From positions 170,814 to 234,813 of the forward strand of contig CAWGXL010000010.1 of the NCBI GenBank assembly GCA_963826535.1: DNA of 64,000 nt. The letters are read 5' to 3'. The notes beneath the pieces are model-generated. The model was given only the letters and a program-made list of their open reading frames with translations. It made no database searches and was not told the DNA's origin. The position numbers were made by a program, and so were the translations under genes. Positions 48,242 to 57,114 of this stretch are shown in pieces; position 1 is the first letter of the stretch, and every line of letters starts with the position of its first letter. The DNA comes from an uncultured bacterium (lineage in GTDB: Bacteria > Patescibacteriota > Microgenomatia > Levybacterales > UBA12049).

Positions 48242-48470
48242 AATCTATATTATAGCTGCTAAGTGAATCTTTTTGTGATAGTTTTTATAATAAATGCAGA
48301 CTGTAACAAATAAGAAAAAGCTATAACCAAAATAAAAAAGTAAGAGAATAAACGGTAATATACTACGTTCTAAGCTCCACTACACTCAATGATTATAACA
48401 AAGTCATATATTTTTTGTTCTAAATTTGGGATAATAAGTCAATAATGCTAAAATAGAAGAGCTATTACAT

Positions 48471-49418
48471 ATGATAAGCATAGTAGTACCCGTACTAAAC
48501 GAAGAAGAAAGCCTGGAGCCATTTTATCAAGAGCTCCACAAAATTATACTCGAACTCAAAGTTGATTACGAAATCATCTTTATTGACGACGGATCAACTG
48601 ACAATTCATTGGAAATACTAAAAAAGTTATTCAAAGTCAATGACAAAATAAGGATATTTTCCTTCAGGAGAAATTTAGGAAAATCCGAAGCTCTCAGCTT
48701 AGGTTTTATAAAAGCCAAAGGAGATTTTATTATCACCCTCGATGCAGATCTACAAGATAAACCCTCGGAAATACCCAAGCTTCTGCGCATTGCTAAAGAT
48801 GGAATTGATGTGGTATCCGGATGGAGAAAAAACAGAAAAGACAAATCCCGCATGTTGATTATTTCCCGTTTATTTAATTTTTTAATGGGAATGCTATTCA
48901 ATCTTCATCTACATGATTATAATTGCGGAATAAAGTTATATACCAGAGATGCTGCCAAAAGCCTGCGTCTGTACGGAGGGCTTCACCGTTTTATTCCTCT
49001 TCTGGCTTACGAACAAGGATTTACCGTAGATGAAGTGATAGTTGAACATGCGTCAAGAAAGTATGGCAAATCAAAGTATAATTTTTCCAAACTCTGGAAA
49101 GACGTACCCGATATGTTTACAATGCTGTTTCTTGTAAAATATGGCAAACGCCCTTTACATTTTTTTGGTATTGTTGGAGGAGTATTAACACTAATCGGAT
49201 TTATTGTACTAGGTTACTTAGCTGTCCTTCGCTTTTCAGGAGAAACGATTGGTAATCGGCCTCTACTATTTTTTGGTATGTTACTTCTACTTGCCGGATT
49301 CCAAATATTTTTTACAGGATTCCTTGCAGATCTGATGATTAACATTTCTCATAATCCAAAATTTCTCAATGAAGAGAACCCTCATTATCCTATTAAATAC
49401 GCCAGCGAAAAATTATGA
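48471..49418 (+). CDS. polyprenol-phosphate sugar synthase with C-terminal TM helices (ArnC/GtrB-like GT2)
   Basis: ISIVVPVLNEEESL..FIDDGSTDNS..TLDADLQD, plus two C-terminal TM helices as in GtrB/ArnC. Confidence 0.8.
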   Translation: MISIVVPVLNEEESLEPFYQELHKIILELKVDYEIIFIDDGSTDNSLEILKKLFKVNDKIRIFSFRRNLGKSEALSLGFIKAKGDFIITLDADLQDKPSEIPKLLRIAKDGIDVVSGWRKNRKDKSRMLIISRLFNFLMGMLFNLHLHDYNCGIKLYTRDAAKSLRLYGGLHRFIPLLAYEQGFTVDEVIVEHASRKYGKSKYNFSKLWKDVPDMFTMLFLVKYGKRPLHFFGIVGGVLTLIGFIVLGYLAVLRFSGETIGNRPLLFFGMLLLLAGFQIFFTGFLADLMINISHNPKFLNEENPHYPIKYASEKL

Positions 49419-49993
49419 TTATCGGAATTGATATTTCCCAAATGGCTTATGAGAATACTGGAGTGGCAAACTATTTAGAAAGTCTAATAAAAAGTTTATT
49501 TGCAAAAGATGATAAAAATGAATATATATTATTTTTCTCATCTTTAAGACGAACTATTCATTTTTCATCTGATTTAATAGGGACTCAATCAAATCACAAA
49601 GTTTCGATTAAGCAATTTAAAATCCCTCCATTTTTTTTAGATATCCTTTGGAACAAACTTCACATTTTCCCTATAGAATGGTTCATTGGTAATGTAGACA
49701 TATTTATTTCCTCAGACTGGACAGAGCCGCCTACAAGGAAAGCAAAAAAAGTTACAATATTATATGATTTTATTATATTTAAACACCCGGAAGAAACGCA
49801 TAATATAACAGAGTTTAAAGTAAAAAAGTTAATTCTTTCACCAAATATTGTGGCTATTCAGAAAAGAAAATTACTTTGGATGAAAAAGGAATGCAAACTT
49901 ATCATTTGTATTTCAGAGTCTACAAAGCGGGATGCAATAGAGATGCTAGGTATTGAAGAAAAACGGTTGAAAGTAATTTATCCCGGAGTTTAA
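49415..49993 (+). CDS. truncated GT4 paralog (N-terminal Rossmann domain only)
   Basis: MIIGIDISQMAYENTGVANY... ends at KVIYPGV*. This corresponds to the first ~165 aa of the next gene (MIIGIDGNEANVTNKVGISEF ... VVYPGIKP). Confidence 0.55.
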   Translation: MIIGIDISQMAYENTGVANYLESLIKSLFAKDDKNEYILFFSSLRRTIHFSSDLIGTQSNHKVSIKQFKIPPFFLDILWNKLHIFPIEWFIGNVDIFISSDWTEPPTRKAKKVTILYDFIIFKHPEETHNITEFKVKKLILSPNIVAIQKRKLLWMKKECKLIICISESTKRDAIEMLGIEEKRLKVIYPGV

Positions 49994-49997
49994 TTCT

Positions 49998-51179
49998 ATG
50001 ATTATAGGTATTGATGGAAATGAGGCAAATGTAACAAATAAAGTAGGCATAAGCGAATTTGCTTTCCAACTTCTTTTGCAATTTTCAAATCTAAAAAGCT
50101 CAAAATTTAATATATACTTAAAAAGTAAACCAAAAGATGACTTGCCTAAGCCGGACAATAATTGGCAATATAGAACTGTAACTCCCGGAAAACTCTGGAC
50201 TCAATGGCGACTGCCGCTGGATTTATATTTACATCAGCCGAGGCCAAATGTTTTTTTCAGCCCGACACATTATGCCCCTAGATTCTCTCCTGTCCCCACA
50301 GTTATTTCCATTATGGATTTGTCTTATCTTTATTTCCCTAAAATGTTTAAAAAATCTGATTTATATCAACTTCGAAGTTGGACATCCTACTCCGCAAAAA
50401 AGGCACAAAGAGTCTTAACCATAAGCAACTCAAGCAAGTTTGCTATAATCAAAGAATATAAAATACCTGAGGATAAGGTGATAGTCGTTTACCCGGGTAT
50501 CAAGCCTGCCCGCCTGCCTGCCGGTCAGGCAGGTCCGGCAGGCGGGCCAACTGTTTACCGGGAGCCGAAGGTTTTATCTATGAATACAGTAAAAGCGAAA
50601 TACGGTATAAGTGATAAATTTATTCTCTTTGTAGGTACATTACAGCCGAGGAAAAACATTGTCAGATTAATAGAAGCGTTCGCAAAAGTCTTATCCCAGG
50701 AAAAAATACCTAAAAATCTTCAATTGTTAATTGTCGGCAAAAAAGGTTGGTTATACGAAGAAATATTGAGAAAGCCAAAAGAATTAGGTATTGAGGAAAA
50801 AGTAAAATTTCTTGACTTTGTCTCCGATGACGAATTAGCAGTTCTCTACAATAATGCTTTATGTTTCATTCTCCCGAGCCTATATGAAGGTTTTGGGCTT
50901 CCGGTATTAGAAGCTATGAAGCACGGATGTCCGGTTATCACAAGTAATGTATCAAGTCTTCCCGAAGCTGGCGGTGACGCTGCAATTTACATAGACCCGG
51001 AAGATATAAATGATCTTACAGAAAAAATCCTAAAACTTATAACCAATGAAAAATTACGCCAGGAATTAATCGAAAAAGGTAAGAAGCAGGCAGCGAAGTT
51101 TAGTTGGGAGAAAACAGCCACGGAAACTTTAAAAGTATTAGAAGAGGTTGGTTCCTTGTCTTCCCGACCGAAGCGATAG
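49998..51179 (+). CDS. GT4 family glycosyltransferase with GC-rich in-frame insertion in the interdomain linker
   Basis: EGFGLPVLEAMKHGCPVI motif. The inserted segment PARLPAGQAGPAGGP is encoded by a ~45-bp, ~80% GC palindrome. Confidence 0.8.
   Translation: MIIGIDGNEANVTNKVGISEFAFQLLLQFSNLKSSKFNIYLKSKPKDDLPKPDNNWQYRTVTPGKLWTQWRLPLDLYLHQPRPNVFFSPTHYAPRFSPVPTVISIMDLSYLYFPKMFKKSDLYQLRSWTSYSAKKAQRVLTISNSSKFAIIKEYKIPEDKVIVVYPGIKPARLPAGQAGPAGGPTVYREPKVLSMNTVKAKYGISDKFILFVGTLQPRKNIVRLIEAFAKVLSQEKIPKNLQLLIVGKKGWLYEEILRKPKELGIEEKVKFLDFVSDDELAVLYNNALCFILPSLYEGFGLPVLEAMKHGCPVITSNVSSLPEAGGDAAIYIDPEDINDLTEKILKLITNEKLRQELIEKGKKQAAKFSWEKTATETLKVLEEVGSLSSRPKR
50504..50548 (+). repeat. GC-rich imperfect palindrome (CCTGCC x3 / GGCAGG x3) embedded in frame in a coding sequence
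   Basis: GCCTGCCCGCCTGCCTGCCGGTCAGGCAGGTCCGGCAGGCGGGCC. The outer 11-bp arms GCCCGCCTGCC and GGCAGGCGGGC are perfectly complementary. Confidence 0.6.
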
Positions 51180-51185
51180 CGTAGT

Positions 51186-51233
51186 GGAGGAATCTCACAC
51201 CACAAAGTAGCTTAGGTGGTATGAGATTCCTCG
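51186..51233 (+). other. 15/16-bp stem hairpin immediately downstream of the GT4 stop (terminator-like or structured RNA element)
   Basis: GGAGGAATCTCACACC - 16-nt loop - GGTATGAGATTCCTC. It starts 7 nt after the TAG at 51177-51179. There is no adjacent U-tract. Confidence 0.4.
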
Positions 51234-51272
51234 ACTCCCTTTCAGTCGCTCGGAATGACAAATATTTAATTT

Positions 51273-51866
51273 ATGGTAGACAAAACAGGTAAAAATCTTA
51301 CAACTGAAGAAATTAGGCAAAAGGCATCAAATAGATTAAATACTATTCTCCTTGAATTTCAAGTTTTTCTTCTACATATTGTTGGATTATTGCCCTCCCA
51401 TGATCTTCGCAGATTTTTCTACCGTTTAGCCGGTATCGAAATAGGAAAAGGGAGTACGATCCATACGGGAGCCAGATTCTATAACCCTGCTAATATAAAA
51501 ATAGGACAAGATACTATAATTGGCGAAAATGCTGTACTTGACGGACGCGATAAATTAGTTATCGGTTCGCATGTCGGCATAGCAACTGATGTTATGATTT
51601 ATAATTCTGAACATGATATTGAAAGCGATAATTTTCTCGCAATTCACAAACCTGTATTGCTCGGAGATTATATATTTATCGGGCCAAGGGCTATTATCCT
51701 GCCTGGAGTAACTATTGGCAGAGGAGCGGTTATAGCTGCAGGTGCAGTTGTAACCAAAAACGTAGACCCGTTTCAAATTGTTGCCGGTATTCCTGCAAAA
51801 GTAATAGGAGAAAGAAGCCGCAAGGATTTACACTACAAATTAGGAAGGGCAGCATGGTTTCGTTAG
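51273..51866 (+). CDS. sugar O-acetyltransferase (left-handed beta-helix, hexapeptide repeat)
   Basis: Hexapeptide repeats IGQDTIIGENAVL..IGSHVGIATDVMI..IGRGAVIAAGAVV. Confidence 0.75.
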   Translation: MVDKTGKNLTTEEIRQKASNRLNTILLEFQVFLLHIVGLLPSHDLRRFFYRLAGIEIGKGSTIHTGARFYNPANIKIGQDTIIGENAVLDGRDKLVIGSHVGIATDVMIYNSEHDIESDNFLAIHKPVLLGDYIFIGPRAIILPGVTIGRGAVIAAGAVVTKNVDPFQIVAGIPAKVIGERSRKDLHYKLGRAAWFR

Positions 51867-51934
51867 TTTTGTTGAATCGCTTACCGGCTATAGCCCTGAG
51901 CCAAGTCGAAGGGTTCAGTTAAAAATCTGTCAAT

Positions 51935-54691
51935 ATGAAAAAGTTATTACATTTTTACGATAACTACGCTTTAAAAATAGGTATCGCATTTTTAATAATT
52001 TTTACAGCTCTATACCCGAAGTTACCCAGCGTGCATATCATCAGAACTTGGGTATACATCCGGCTCGAGGATTTTTTTATTCTGGCTATAGTCATTTTAT
52101 GGATAATACAACTTCTAAGAAGAAAGATAAATTTACCCATTGCCGTGAGTATTCCGATAGCAGTCTATTGGCTAATTGGATTTTTATTGCTTATTTTCTC
52201 GATAATCTACATCGGCCCCTATTTAACAAATTTTTTTCCTCACGTCGCAGCTTTTAATTATTTTCGAAGAATAGAATATATGATCCTCTTCTTTGTAGCT
52301 CTTTCCACAGTTAGAAGTATTAAAGATGTTCGTGACTATACTATTATACTTTCGCTGACCACGCTTGGCGTGGTTTTATACGGATTTGGACAGAGATTCT
52401 ATTTGGACTTATGGACCAGGTTCCCCGCTTTTTTTCAACAAAATTCCTTTTGTTTCCCCTCATTTCAGACAGGAAATGAAGAATTCGCCAAAGGCATGCC
52501 ATTGTGTCTCCAAAAGGCCGCAAGACTTACCTCAACATTTGGCGGACATTACGACCTTGCCGCTTACCTCGTACTTGTAATACCGATTCTATTAACAGTC
52601 GCTTTAAGTGTAAAAAAACTCTCAATCCGCATTCTCACTTTCCTTTTATTTCTAGGTAATCTGATTTTACTTATTTTCACCTCTTCCAGGATCTCATTCA
52701 TCTCATATCTCGCGGCAGTAATATTTGCTCTGATTTTTTATAAAAAGAAATTATTTATCATTCCAATAATCATTATAAGTGTCGTTTTGTTGGTTATATT
52801 TAGCGAATCAACAGCCAAACGCTTATTAGCAACGTTTAGACTAAGCTCGGTCGTGACAAATATGCAAGGACAATTAATAGGCTTAGCGCCGGCAAATTTG
52901 TCTCCTGAACTACAGAAAAAACTAAATGAAAACCAAACACAAACGCAGTTACAAACTCTACCATTTGGATCCGGCTACTTAGGCTTGCCACAAAAAGCTG
53001 TACCTGTTGCTACAAGTGTTGCGGTCGTCAACAAAACCCTTACCCCGGAAGAAATACGAAGACTAAAATTGCAGAGTGGAAGTCTCGAATTGTCTACGAT
53101 TTCAGGTAGCTTTCTAATCCGCAAAGTGCTTGTCTATGATATCTCTTTTACAACAAGATTTCAGGCAGAATGGCCAAACGCCTGGAATGCATTCCTTAGG
53201 AATCCGGTATTAGGCAGCGGCTATTCAACTATTACACTAGCAACTGACAATGATTACTTCCGCGCGCTGGGAGAAACAGGATTGCTTGGGCTTCTCTCAT
53301 TCTTATCTATTTTTCTAATACTCGGAATCACTCTAAAAGAAATTAGCCCTTCTATAAATAAACCGCTTATCAAAGCATTCGTCTTCGGTCTTGCCGGTGG
53401 TACGATCGGCCTTATGATTAACGCGATGCTCATTGATGTATTTGAAGCCTCAAAAGTAGCTGAAAACTTATGGATATTACTCGGAATAGGGACAGGAGGA
53501 TTACTCCTTTTCAAAAAGAAAACTGTACCGTATTGGCAGATACTAAAAAAAGTTTTTACATCAAACATATTTATTTCCATTTATTTATTCGTGCTTATTT
53601 TGACCGTCTACCTGGGAAGTATAAATAATTTCTTTGTAGCCGACGATTTTACTTTATTGCGTGAAGGAGCCTCATCTTCAACAGGTGATTTCGTGAAATA
53701 CTTTACGGATTCTCAAAATAACATTTATGCGCCGATAGCCAAAATAATTGTTTTTTTGCTATATACTCTTTTCTCTTTCCAGCCCCAAGGCTATCATGTA
53801 TTTATTTTATTCTTACATTTCGCGGCCACTTTAGGAGTTTTCTTTCTCGCTCAAAAATTATTGAAAAAAAGATTATTGGCGTTTCTTTCAGCGCTTGTCT
53901 TTTTAGTGTATCCGGTTAGCGGTACTTTTATCTTCTGGTTTTCAACTATTTCAGTGACTCTCGCTACAATTTTTTGTATTTATGCTTTAATCAGTTTCAT
54001 CAAATTTAAAGAAAGCAAATCACGCACCGCCTATATTTTTACGTTTATATTCGCAGTTTTTGCCTTCCTATCACACGAACTCTCTCTGATTTTACCGTTT
54101 CTCTTAATTGCCTGTGACTTATTTCTCTTCAAACAAAAAAGAATTAGTAGAAGATTGCTTATTTACTTGCCGTTTTTTATCCTCATACCTATTTATCTTA
54201 TTATTCTCTATCTTACCCACGCGTCTCCTTATATTCCACATTTAAGCTTAGTTTACCCTGCATCAATCGGCTTAAGTATAATCACAATTGTCATTTTAGA
54301 TATAATTAGCAATTTTCTCACAAAAAATAGAGGATCAATGTCAACTCTGCCATTAATAGTACTTACAATAGTAATTTTAATTGCCTCCTACATTGAAATA
54401 CAAAAACAAAATAATACTTGGCAAAAAGATGGAAATATCACCAAAAATATATTAACTGATCTAAGGGTAGATTATGAAGGATTTAGTAAATCAACAAATG
54501 TATATTTTGTCAATGTACCGATTCAGACCGGCTTAGCAGATAGTTTATGGTTTATCTATCAAAATAATAACCCTGTTGTCCACCAGGCATCAAGCGTTGA
54601 TGAGGCAAAAATGCATATTTTAAATAACAATAAAGTTGATAATTATATTTTTATTATCCAAAAAGATGGAAGAATAAAAGAAGCAGAATGA
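51935..54691 (+). CDS. fusion protein with N-terminal Wzy_C (O-antigen ligase / O-oligosaccharyltransferase-like) domain and C-terminal GT-C-like polytopic domain
   Basis: 918 aa. Residues 1-530 are paralogous to 13264..14673 (IRLEDFFILAI, ATDNDYFRALGETGLLG). Residues ~560-918 add ~10 further TM and an FFVADDFTLLRE loop motif like the PMT/ArnT first-loop acidic motif. Confidence 0.6.
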   Translation: MKKLLHFYDNYALKIGIAFLIIFTALYPKLPSVHIIRTWVYIRLEDFFILAIVILWIIQLLRRKINLPIAVSIPIAVYWLIGFLLLIFSIIYIGPYLTNFFPHVAAFNYFRRIEYMILFFVALSTVRSIKDVRDYTIILSLTTLGVVLYGFGQRFYLDLWTRFPAFFQQNSFCFPSFQTGNEEFAKGMPLCLQKAARLTSTFGGHYDLAAYLVLVIPILLTVALSVKKLSIRILTFLLFLGNLILLIFTSSRISFISYLAAVIFALIFYKKKLFIIPIIIISVVLLVIFSESTAKRLLATFRLSSVVTNMQGQLIGLAPANLSPELQKKLNENQTQTQLQTLPFGSGYLGLPQKAVPVATSVAVVNKTLTPEEIRRLKLQSGSLELSTISGSFLIRKVLVYDISFTTRFQAEWPNAWNAFLRNPVLGSGYSTITLATDNDYFRALGETGLLGLLSFLSIFLILGITLKEISPSINKPLIKAFVFGLAGGTIGLMINAMLIDVFEASKVAENLWILLGIGTGGLLLFKKKTVPYWQILKKVFTSNIFISIYLFVLILTVYLGSINNFFVADDFTLLREGASSSTGDFVKYFTDSQNNIYAPIAKIIVFLLYTLFSFQPQGYHVFILFLHFAATLGVFFLAQKLLKKRLLAFLSALVFLVYPVSGTFIFWFSTISVTLATIFCIYALISFIKFKESKSRTAYIFTFIFAVFAFLSHELSLILPFLLIACDLFLFKQKRISRRLLIYLPFFILIPIYLIILYLTHASPYIPHLSLVYPASIGLSIITIVILDIISNFLTKNRGSMSTLPLIVLTIVILIASYIEIQKQNNTWQKDGNITKNILTDLRVDYEGFSKSTNVYFVNVPIQTGLADSLWFIYQNNNPVVHQASSVDEAKMHILNNNKVDNYIFIIQKDGRIKEAE

Positions 54692-56148
54692 AAAAAATTC
54701 ACACTATAATACTTATATTAATACTAGCAGGTGCTTTTATTGTTCGTTTACACGGATTTTATAATCCAATAGCCGACTGGCATGCTTGGCGTCAAGCTGA
54801 TACTTCCGCAGTATCAAGAAATTTCATCAATAACGGCTTTGACCTGCTACACCCCAGATTTGATGACCTTTCCAATGTGCCATCCGGTAAAGATAATCCT
54901 CAAGGCTATCGTTTTGTAGAATTTCCGATATATAATATATTCCAAGCCTTTTTCTACAAAGAATTCGGCATTTTCTCACTTGAGCAATGGGGCAGACTCG
55001 TTACGATCATCTCTTCATTGCTTTCAATTATTTTTATTTATCTCATCGTAAAAAAATATGCTGATGATATCTCAGCTATTTTTGCGGCATTTTTCTTTGC
55101 TTTTTTACCGTACAACATATATTACGGAAGGACAATCCTCCCGGACACTATGATGGCAATGTCAATACTTGGAGGAATTTATTTCTTTGATAAATGGTTA
55201 GATAGGATTATTCCTAGACCAATTACCAGGGTGTGGATAACTAGCGCGGCAATATTTACAGCCTCCGCCTTACTTCTCAAACCTTATGCAATTTTTTTCA
55301 CCTTACCCATGATATATCTAGCCTTTTATAAATTAGGCATAGGTTTTGTGAAAAAGTGGCAGCTTTGGATTTTCTTGGTTCTAGCTATCACACCGTTAAT
55401 ATTATGGCGAATATGGATGACTTATTTTCCTGAAGGAATTCCTGCCAGTGAATGGCTTCTAAACGGAGGCAATATCCGATTCAAAGGTTCGTTTTTCTAC
55501 TGGATTTTTGCCGATAGAATTGGCAGGCTCATGTTAGGATATTGGGGACTCATAATTTTTAGTGCTGGAATTTTGGCAATAGGGCGAAAAAAATTACTTA
55601 GTAAGAATTTATTTTTCTTAACTTTTCTACTTTCCTCGCTATTATATATTGTAGTTTTTGCCAGAGGCAATGTGCAACATGACTATTATCAAATACTTAT
55701 TGCCCCAACTATCGCAATTTTTCTCGGACTTGGCAGCGGGTTTCTTCTTACCCTCCCCAAGGAATATTTCCACCGCAGTGTAGGGTTTATTCTTCTTTGT
55801 ATTAGTGCTATTTTTACCATACTTTTCGGTTGGTATTTTGTTCGTGATTATTTCAATATCAACAATCCTTCAATTGTTGTGGCAGGGGAAGCTGTAGACA
55901 AGCTAATTCCTAAAAACGCGAAAGTTATCGCCATACTTCATGGATCTGAAGGAGATACAACGTTTTTATATCATACAAACCGAAAGGGTTGGACAAGTTT
56001 CCAAAATCCTCTTCCGGAAATGACAACAAAGGGTGCGGATTATCTGATTTTTGCCAACCCTACAATAGAAGATCAAAATTTCAAAAAAAACTATAAATTA
56101 GTCACCTCAACTCCCGAATATATTATTTTTGATTTGCACAAAAAATGA
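54688..56148 (+). CDS. GT-C membrane glycosyltransferase (PMT_2/ArnT-like)
   Basis: ATGA overlap with the upstream gene. 486 aa, polytopic. First-loop motif ADWHAWRQADTSAVSRNF. Confidence 0.6.
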   Translation: MKKIHTIILILILAGAFIVRLHGFYNPIADWHAWRQADTSAVSRNFINNGFDLLHPRFDDLSNVPSGKDNPQGYRFVEFPIYNIFQAFFYKEFGIFSLEQWGRLVTIISSLLSIIFIYLIVKKYADDISAIFAAFFFAFLPYNIYYGRTILPDTMMAMSILGGIYFFDKWLDRIIPRPITRVWITSAAIFTASALLLKPYAIFFTLPMIYLAFYKLGIGFVKKWQLWIFLVLAITPLILWRIWMTYFPEGIPASEWLLNGGNIRFKGSFFYWIFADRIGRLMLGYWGLIIFSAGILAIGRKKLLSKNLFFLTFLLSSLLYIVVFARGNVQHDYYQILIAPTIAIFLGLGSGFLLTLPKEYFHRSVGFILLCISAIFTILFGWYFVRDYFNINNPSIVVAGEAVDKLIPKNAKVIAILHGSEGDTTFLYHTNRKGWTSFQNPLPEMTTKGADYLIFANPTIEDQNFKKNYKLVTSTPEYIIFDLHKK

Positions 56149-57074
56149 CCGTCACATTATCAATCATCATTCTCAACTACAACACAAAAAAATTAACCTT
56201 AGAAGCCATAAAATCAATTGATAAAAATTACCCAAAGGAAACCCAGTCAGGCGAATACGAAGTAATAGTCGCAGATAATGCCTCTCCCGACGACTCCCTT
56301 GCAGCTTTTCTGGAATATAAAAAGAACACAAAAATCAAATCATTTATTGTGTTGGATAATAAGAAAAATCTTGGCTACTCCAAAGGCAATAACCAAGCCG
56401 TTGCTCATGCGCATGGAAGCTATATTTTATTCCTCAATCCCGATACCATTGTTCCACCTGATACATTATCTTTTATGCTGGTATTTATTGAAAACCATCC
56501 CAAAGCCGGAGCAGCAACATGTAAAATTATTTCACCCGATGGAGAACTTGACCCCAATTGCCTAAGAGGTTTTCCAACACCTTGGAACGCCTTCTGTCAT
56601 TTCTCTGGGCTGGGGAAACTTTTTCCGCATGTCCCTTTATTTGCCGGCTATTTACAATCAGGATGGAGAGACACGGAAAAGACACAAGAAATTGACGCAA
56701 TCGAAGGAGCATTCATGTTAGTTCCTAGAAAAGTAGGAGAAAAAATAGGCTGGATGGACGAAGACTATTTCTTTTACGGTGAAGACCTCCAATTTTGTTT
56801 TAATATTAACAAAGAAGGCTACAAAATTTATTACGTCCCCTCTGTTACCATCACTCATTACGGCGGAGCTTCAAGTGGTATAAAAAAACAATCCGAAAAT
56901 ATTACTACTGCCGATATAGATTTAAAAAAGAAAGTACAAGGTCACCGCTTCGACGCCATGCGAATTTTTTTTAAGAAAAACTATTCCCACAAATACCCCA
57001 AACCCTTCAGCTGGTTCATTCTCTTAGTTATTAACTTTCTCTACAAAAAAAATCTCCAGAATATCTCTTCATAG
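56145..57074 (+). CDS. GT2 family glycosyltransferase (intact paralog of frameshifted 14670..15564)
   Basis: LSIIILNYNTKKLT..VIVADNASPDDS..FLNPDT..FFYGEDLQFC motifs. Confidence 0.8.
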   Translation: MTVTLSIIILNYNTKKLTLEAIKSIDKNYPKETQSGEYEVIVADNASPDDSLAAFLEYKKNTKIKSFIVLDNKKNLGYSKGNNQAVAHAHGSYILFLNPDTIVPPDTLSFMLVFIENHPKAGAATCKIISPDGELDPNCLRGFPTPWNAFCHFSGLGKLFPHVPLFAGYLQSGWRDTEKTQEIDAIEGAFMLVPRKVGEKIGWMDEDYFFYGEDLQFCFNINKEGYKIYYVPSVTITHYGGASSGIKKQSENITTADIDLKKKVQGHRFDAMRIFFKKNYSHKYPKPFSWFILLVINFLYKKNLQNISS

Positions 57075-57114
57075 ATATCCAACACTGTTTTATTCACTTA
57101 ATCTCCTAAACGTA

